Source of the DNA: a bacterium
GTDB taxonomy: Bacteria > UBA8248
Direction of reading: 5' to 3'
NCBI GenBank assembly: GCA_965213685.1
Contig: CBDBZY010000051.1
Location: 96,001-160,000, forward strand
Length of the DNA stretch: 64,000 bases
In this document: piece by piece, positions 35,752 to 64,000 of the stretch
Position numbering within the stretch: position 1 is the first letter of the stretch
Layout of the letters: every line of letters begins with the position of its first letter
Made by a program: the position numbers and the translations under genes
Notes under the pieces: model-generated
Told to the model about the DNA's origin: nothing
Seen by the model: only the letters and a program-made list of their open reading frames with translations
Database searches by the model: none

Positions 35752-38700
35752 TCAGTTTGTGTGTCTGGCCATGGCTACCTGGCTAGTGCAGGATTTGAAG
35801 GTGTCCTGTGAAGGATGGCTGGCTGCTCTGCAGGCATTGGCATAGCAACACCACATCTGGACTGGCAGAGAAGTGGGAAAGAGCCCGGAGACCCTGTATG
35901 TTATGTCATGTGATGTCACATGATGTCACCACTAATGGGTCACTTACATTGCCCTCCTCAATGGCTCTGGCAAGTGATGCAGTGAAGAGGCTATCCAGAT
36001 GAGCCAGATAGCTGAGCAGAGCTGGGGAGGGGGGGGGTGCTGAGGTGAGCAGGGAGGAGGGGGAGGAGGAGGAGGAGGAGGAGGAGGAGGAGGAGGAGGA
36101 GGAGGAGGAGGGTCTCACCTATGGCTGGTGCTAAACATGATGGTTCCACACCATCCATTACTCTCAGCACACAGGAGAGGTCCAGATTATCATAGACACA
36201 CCTGAGGAGGGGCTCAGAGGAGGAGATACCGAACACACACACACACACACACACACTGCTCGTGCCTACCTCACTACCCCCATCTGGTCTGAGGTGCTCC
36301 AGTTGGCACTGGCCACTAGCACCATGCCCAGGACCGCGGCCACCTGGAGAGGTGGGCAGTGAGTGCTGACAACATGTTTACAGCTGGCCTGCACGTGTCC
36401 CGTTTCACCTCTGCCAGCACAGGACCAGAGCAGCTGCACTTGAGGAGGGAGCACAGCATTCCAACAGCTGTTACTATGGTGTCAGTTGTGATAGAGTGCT
36501 TGTGTGTGGGGTGACTGGTGAGGGGTGATGATCGAGAGTGTTGGGAGATTGCAACAAGGGATATGCGAAGAGCTTGGTGTAGAGTGTGTATTAAATGGAG
36601 TGTGGCCCCACCCACCCAGTGGGGGGAGGTAGTGGGTGTGGTCAGGTGCTCCAGGAGAGAGATGAGCCAGTCCAGCAGAGACGAGGAAGAGGAGGGGGGG
36701 AGGGGGAGGTGGGGGCAGTCCTGATGGGGAGCAGCACTGCAGAGGAGGGCAATCTTCTCCAGTGAGCTGAGGTGGGCAGTGAAGACACAATGTCATGCAA
36801 GTGATGCAGAGCAGTCTGCCATGATCCACTCACCACTGGCAGCTGCTCAGAGTGTGCCCGACTTTTTGAAGCACTTCACGCAAGCCTCCTTCCTCCCCTC
36901 GCCCCTCCCCCCTGTCCTCATTTCTCTCCTCCTCTCTCTCCTCCCCACCTCCCTCTCCTCTCTCCTCCCAACCTCTCTCCTCCCCACCTCCCTCTCCCCT
37001 CTCCTCCCCACCTCCCTCTCCCCTCTCCTCCCCACCTCCCTCCCCTCTCTCCTCCCCACCTTCCTCCTCTCTCTCCTCCCCACCTCCCTTCACTTGCTCC
37101 CCTCCAGGCGGACAGGGGAGTCCATCCTCTGTGCTATCCCGTGTTCTGGTCTCCATGTTGTCACGGTGCTTAGCAACCACTTCCACCTCTGCTCCCTCTC
37201 TGCTAGGCACGCTGCATGTGGCAGTCGGTGGTAGTGGGCGTGGCCATGCAGGCAGGGGGGAGGAGGGGGGCTGGGGAGAGGGTGAGGGGAGGTGGGAGAA
37301 GTGGAGGAGATTCAGCGGAGGGAGTGGTAGAAGGGGGCAGTGTGTGATTAGCGTCCATAGCATTGTGTCGGTGTGAAGGGTACCTGGTGGAGAGGGGAGG
37401 ATGTGTGAGGGGGGGAGGGAGATGGTGCTGGGTGGTTTTGTGACTCGCCACCCTCCACCATCTTCATGAGGCGGTAGGGAGGGATGGAGAATAGGGAAGG
37501 ATGGAGGTAGGGAGGGATGGAGGATAGGGAGGGATGGAGGTAGGGAGGGGTGGAGGTAGGGAGGGGTGGAGGATAGGGAAGGATGGAGGTAGAGAGGGGT
37601 GGAGGTAGGGAGGGATGGAGGTAGGGAGGGGTGGAGGTAGGGAGGGGTGGAGGATAGGGAAGGATGGAGGTAGAGAGGGGTGGAGGTAGGGAGGGATGGA
37701 GGTAGGGAGGGGTGGAGGATAGGGAAGGATGGAGGTAGGGAGGGGTGGAGGATAGGGAGGGATGGAGGTAGGGAGGGGTGGAGGTAGGGAGGGGTGGAGA
37801 ATAGGGAAGGATGGAGGTAGGGAGGGATGGAGGATAGGGAGGGATGGAGGTAGGGAGGGGTGGAGGATGTTCACATCCAGGTCTAATGGAGGAAAGGGAA
37901 GGATGGAGGTAGGGAGGTGTGGAGGATAGGGAAGGATGGAGGTAGGGAGGTGTGGAGGATAGGGAAGGATGGAGGTAGGGAGGGGTGGAGGTAGGGAGGG
38001 ATGGAGGTAGGGAGGTGTGGAGGTAGGGAGGGATGGAAGGATGTCAAGATGAAGAGAGAGCCCATGGTGGTGACCTACAGCTGCTCACAAAGGGGTGGTG
38101 CAAGAGGTGTGGCCAGGAGAGTCGGCGCTGAGGGTCTTTGTGCAGCAGACCTTGGAGGAAACCCCTACAATTAGTGCTCAAATTGGAAGGCCACTGCACT
38201 TCATCTCTTACAATCATCTTGTGGATAGTGGAAGAGAGAGAGGAAGAGGGAAGGGAGAGGGTGGGGGTGGAAGGGGAAGAGAGAGGCCACACTGTGACTG
38301 ACACCGGTGCCTCTCCCATCCTCTCTCCTCACATCAGCCACTTACCTTTACTAGTTTGACAACACTGTTGGTGTAGAAAGGAGGGAGGCCTGTTAGCAGC
38401 TCGTAGAGGATGCAGCCAAGTGACCACAGGTCTGTGGTGTGTGTGTATGGCTGCTCCTGGACCAGCTCCGGAGACATGTAGAGAGGAGTGCCTTTTATGG
38501 AGGTCAGCACCAGACTGTGGGCACTCATGGCTCGGGCAAAGCTGGAGGAGGAGGAAGAGGGTTAGAGTGGTGGGGAGGGAAGGTGCTCAAGGAAGAGAGG
38601 AGGGAGAGGAGGGGGAGGAGGGAGGCTCACCCAAAGTCACAGAGCTTCACTTGTCCTCCCTTTCCCAGAAGAATGTTCTGTGGCTTCATGTCTCTGTGCA

Positions 38701-39274
38701 GAATGCGATGGCAGTGCAGGTAGCACAGAGCAGACACCAGCTGTCCGGCAATGGCCTGCACCTGGAGAGGAGGGAGGGAGGGAGGGAGGGAGGGAGATCG
38801 GGGGAGGTAGCAACTCAGTCCTGCCACACGTACCTGGCTCTCAGGAAGCACCTTGTCGTCTTGAAGAACTTGAAACAGGTCTCCCTCAGCATACTCCGTC
38901 ACCACACACACCTGCACACCTGCCATCATCACAATGCCTCCAGTTCCCCTCCCCTCCCCTCCCCCCCTCACCTCTGTCTCGTTCTGGAACCAGTCGTACA
39001 GCTGGATGATGTTCGGGTGCTTGAGGCCGGCCATGATGCTGATCTCCCTGCCCAGAGCCGCCAGCTCGTCCGCCTTCTTGTTCACTTTGGGAATGAACTT
39101 GAGAGCAACGACCTGCACGCATGCGGTACTGCTGCCGGTTAGGGGGCGGGGCAGCGGTGGAGTGTCTCCGCCTAGCAGAGCTCAACTTGCCTGTTTGCTG
39201 CTCCGCAGACGGCCTCGGTACACCCTTCCGAACGAGCCTTCTCCGATCAGCTCCAGTACATGGTAATCCTCCAT
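35752..39274 (-). CDS. STK36: STK36/Fused Ser/Thr kinase; C-terminal exons and stop uncertain
   Basis: [107 protein letters not shown]. Confidence 0.9.
36940..37090 (-). repeat. 24-bp repeat encoding GGEERGEG units, probably within an STK36 exon
   Basis: Seen in ORF 36830..37363; CCTCCCCACCTCCCTCTCCCCTCT units on the + strand. Confidence 0.7.
37470..38040. repeat. G-rich minisatellite (GGAGGTAGGGAGGG[A/G]T, ~16 bp) in an STK36 intron
   Basis: Directly visible, ~570 bp with one short interruption. Confidence 0.93.
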
Positions 39275-39361
39275 CCCTCCCGCAGCTGCATCTACCTGTC
39301 CACTGCGCAGGCTATAGCTGAGCTCACTGCGCAGAATTTGAATTTGATTCCGACAGTCACC

Positions 39362-40995
<1,634 letters not shown>

Positions 40996-41209
40996 CCTTG
41001 AGTCTCAGCCTCCCAAACTGTCTTGGTTGTGTGTGTATGTATATTGTGTGCGTGTAGTAATGCATAGATATGTCCATAATGTGTATGTATGTGTAAGTGT
41101 GGTGCGTAATTGCATACTATTAGCGCCCCCCCGTGGAAAGTTATGCAGGTATTGCTGACCAGCTCCGCCCTTTGATGTGCGCGGAAGTGCGTGAAGAACG
41201 AGAGCTGCG

Positions 41210-45767
<4,558 letters not shown>

Positions 45768-45969
45768 TTCCTTTTAAAGACAGTTGATGAATAATTATTA
45801 TCATTGTCATCAGCAGACATACATGATATTGTACTTGTGTGTGTGTGTATTATAGTTGTGTATGACAATCTGATGCAACTGAGCTGTTGCCAGTGGTGGT
45901 GGTGGGTGTGGCCACTGCATGAGGTGCGGTGAAGTGAGGACTGACATGAGGTGATGTAGTGTCATGTGA

Positions 45970-47720
<1,751 letters not shown>

Positions 47721-48260
47721 GTCTCCTCTGCCACTCTCCAGCCACTGACTCTCTGTCCCTAGCTTCCAACCTACTGGACTACTGGCTAACTACGTATACC
47801 AGTCACCACATACACACACACACACACAGAAGTACTAGTGCGCCAACAGAGCACCCCCATACAGGGCTAGTTGCATTCCTGAGAGGGGAGATTGGCACCA
47901 ATCACTCAGCAGCAGCCCACAAACTGCGGAGGCTGGGCCTGGCTCTGAGCGGTGGCAGAAGGCAATGGCATAACTTCACACCTGCCCCACAATAGCCCAC
48001 TACCATCACCACCCCATGCACTGTGAATCAGCAGTGGAACAGTTCAATGAGAGTACAGCCAACACACACTCAACACCCATGATGATCTGGTGATTATATA
48101 TCACAGTACAGGTATATATGGAGGGGACCAGGATACGTACACACAATCACGTACATACATGTATACATGTACATGGAGCACACTGCATGGAGCCACACAA
48201 GGAACAAGACACTGAACTCTGGGATAAAAATAGCACTCTGATATTGCTATATATGGATAA

Positions 48261-48304
<44 letters not shown>

Positions 48305-48460
48305 GCTAGCTCATACATCACATGGAGCATCACACTGTACAGTTAATAGTGAGAGGCAACAGGTATGGTGGGGGAGGACTGAGCACCAAATTTTAAACAG
48401 GGAGGAGAGGGATCTGAAGGAAGAGAAGTATCACATGACATCACATGACATAGCATGACA

Positions 48461-57599
<9,139 letters not shown>

Positions 57600-57972
57600 C
57601 TCTCTCCGCGATCTGATCGCCTCTAGACTTTCTCCCATTCGATAGTGTTCCCGTCAGGACGCCAGCGCTGAGATCGGCCTGCGACTTGTATCCCAACTCC
57701 CGAAGGAACACGAGTTGCACTTTTGTCTTCAAATTCCGCGCGGGGGAGGTGCCGCTGCGTCGAGTGGATTACGGAACGCGGTACGCGGTACGGACAGGAC
57801 GTGGACTGTCCACATTCCGGTTCTGAGCACGTCATCGTACTATTCATGGCGATCACAACAGAGCGTACAATAACACTGAACAGTAGCAAAGTGATTGGAC
57901 ACAGAGGCTGTCAAACACACGCACACATGTACAGGGGAGCTCCATAGCTATAGAGCCAGCAGTCCCAGCTAG

Positions 57973-61999
<4,027 letters not shown>

Positions 62000-62185
62000 C
62001 CCCGCGGCTCAATAATAGACGCCGTCTACGCTTACACAAGCGCATACCAGGAACGTTTGCACTTGGTATTCTTCGTGTACATAATGTCATACCTACATGA
62101 TGAGGTACAAGTTGACTACGCCCCCAGCTCAGCTGCCACTGGTAGACACGGCTGGTCAGAGATGAAAGGAAAACTAATAACCTGT

Positions 62186-63016
62186 CTAGCTAGTGAGAGT
62201 TCTCTGCAAGTTCTCAGCCAGTACACCAAACCCTGCCTCAGACAGAGCTGAGATGAGATTCCTCCAAGTTGGCTGAAGGGTGCCCTCAACCCCTTGCAGC
62301 CAGCGGCCCAGCATGTCCAGACATGCCCCTGCCACGTCTCCAGCATGGTCCCTTTGTATCTGCCTCAAAACTGGATGCTCAAAGTGGAGAGAAAGTGCAA
62401 CATCTTCCCACTGGGAGGCCGTTCTCTCCACCACCTTGACACTGTCCAGTTTCTTCAACTCATGCAGCTTTGGTATCTGGTCTGTAGGAGGGACTCAATC
62501 ATCACTGCTGGGGGAGGGGAAGGGGGGGAGGGGGTAGCTTACCTATTTTGGGGATAGCCGCCACTGTGGGGAGGGGGCAGTACAGAGACAGGGTTAGGGC
62601 GTGCATAGTTTCAGCTGTCTGTGTCCATGCCTTCCTCACCCGGCGCCCCGGCCGTGGGGGGCTGGGAGCTGACGTACTTGACCTCAATCGCTTGGGCTAC
62701 ATCCCCGCAATCCACCGTCGCAGACCTCAGGGCCTTCACCAGCGCCCCCCAAGTGGGCGGCGGGTCCGCCCTCTTCAGCCAGCACGTCAGCATCTCTCTC
62801 AGCCTGTCCCCCGCCTTTGCGTTGTCTGCCTCGATGGCCGCTAACGTGGCTTGGGACACTTTCAGCGCCAGCCCCACGTTCTTCCACTGGGGCCGGGCAT
62901 CCCACGCCGCCTCCAGCACATCGGCTAGGGCATCAACATCCAGCCCACCTGCAGCAGGTACGTGACGTGCGCTGGCATAGCAGCTTTCCCCGCCTCCCTG
63001 TCAACTTACTAGCCAT
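62186..63016 (-). CDS. Small protein made of two tandem death domains (~210 aa, 4 exons incl. a 7-nt first coding exon and a 21-nt micro-exon)
   Basis: DD1 ARPQWKNVGLALKV....AIEAD....LREMLTCWL....PTWGALVKAL; DD2 ASQWEDVALSLHF....QIQRD....CLDMLGRWL....PTWRNLISALSEAG; phase-1 GT-AG junctions. Confidence 0.85.
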
Positions 63017-63153
63017 CGGCGCCAGGGAAGTTCCCCTTACAAAACGATTTGTACACGCCCAACGCTATGTGAGTATGATAACAATACCGGATCACACACA
63101 TAAGCGCTCTAGCTGACAGTAACGGTGGTAGGCGGCTAAGAGAGTCCATTTCT

Positions 63154-64000
63154 CTATTCTCCTTTCAAAGAAGACATGCCAGCCTTCATTATCTCATCCA
63201 CCAACAGTAGGTTGCCAGCAATTGTGGTGCTATAGGAAGGCAGAGGGGAGAGAGGATGGGGAGAGGAAAATTAGGCACACTGTAGGTAGCGTCCAGTAGG
63301 TGGCTGACCATGAGTGCAGGAGTTGCTTCTTGACTCGGTAATTGTCCCATATCCCCTCATCAGCTGGGATGATTGCCTCCCCTGAGACAGGCACACATGT
63401 GGTACATAAGAAGGTACATACTCCTCTGGCAAACAGGTATACCTGTGGACACATCCAGTCCAACTGGTTGCTTGGAGCGGACAAACTCGTCTTGTAGCTT
63501 CATAATCGTGTCCTGAGGGTCAAAGCCAGAGTTCTGTGCTAGCGTCTTTGGAATAATCATTAGAGCATCGGCAAAGGCCTTCAGAGAGAAGGGAGAGAGG
63601 GAAGGAGAGAGGGAGGGAGAAAGATAGCATGAAAGGTGAATCAAATGAAACAGCCTGCATACCTTCACTCCGTACTTGGCTCTGCCAGGCACAGTGTTGA
63701 TGAATTCAGCTGATGTGAGTGCCGCGTGTGCGGCCACCTCAAAGGCCCCAGCTCCCGGCACCACACTGCCGTCCTCCAGCGCATTCTTCACAGCCCTGAG
63801 GCCATCGTGGACAGCATCTTTGATCTGAGTGATGGTGTGCTTGTTAGGGCCTGAGGAAAAGGAGTGTCAGTCAGAGATCCAGTGTGAGGTGACCCCACTT
63901 GCCTTTGATCAAAATGGTCACCGACTGTGGATTGGTGAGCTCTTCAACGAATGTGTACTTCTCCTCTCCCTGCAAGTGTGGCCGGTCAGTGAGGGAGAGG
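63154..64000 (-). CDS. CCT6: T-complex protein 1 subunit zeta, 3' part (5' end beyond the window)
   Basis: [20 protein letters not shown]|[97 protein letters not shown]. Confidence 0.97.

Noticed and set aside
57623-57889. 88-aa ORF upstream of TRIM37 as a possible uORF or extra gene
   Set aside because: It has no recognisable domain and lies in a CpG-rich promoter-like spacer where short ORFs arise by chance.

Overview
This is gene-dense, intron-rich eukaryotic genomic DNA, not prokaryotic. Short introns packed with (CA)n/(CT)n microsatellites, very short intergenic spacers and the gene content point to an early-branching animal, most likely a demosponge (inference). I hand-spliced 17 protein-coding genes: DNTTIP1 (3'-partial), ARMC5, a 23-exon Ser/Thr kinase, a WSCD-type sulfotransferase, LIS1/PAFAH1B1, a small twin-Cys (CHCH-like) protein, a STAND NTPase-TPR protein, a MacroD-type macrodomain protein, PEX6, STK36/Fused, TRMT61A, a leishmanolysin-like peptidase, an orphan 4-TM protein, TRIM37, liprin-beta, a tandem death-domain protein and CCT6 (5'-partial). 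The window also holds a tRNA-Ala(AGC)-like insertion and three MITE/foldback elements. The top candidate for a new system is the kinase at 13377-19969 (-). Its exons join phase-consistently into one protein with a ULK/TBK1-hybrid kinase, a ubiquitin-like and helical scaffold, a coiled coil and a C-terminal FIP200/Atg11-like Claw domain, and a perfect double E-box (CLEAR-like) palindrome lies just upstream. The second candidate is an apparently bicistronic locus pairing the CHCH-like microprotein with a presequence/TM-anchored NLR-like NTPase-TPR protein. All family calls rest on motif recognition from memory; no database searches were run.
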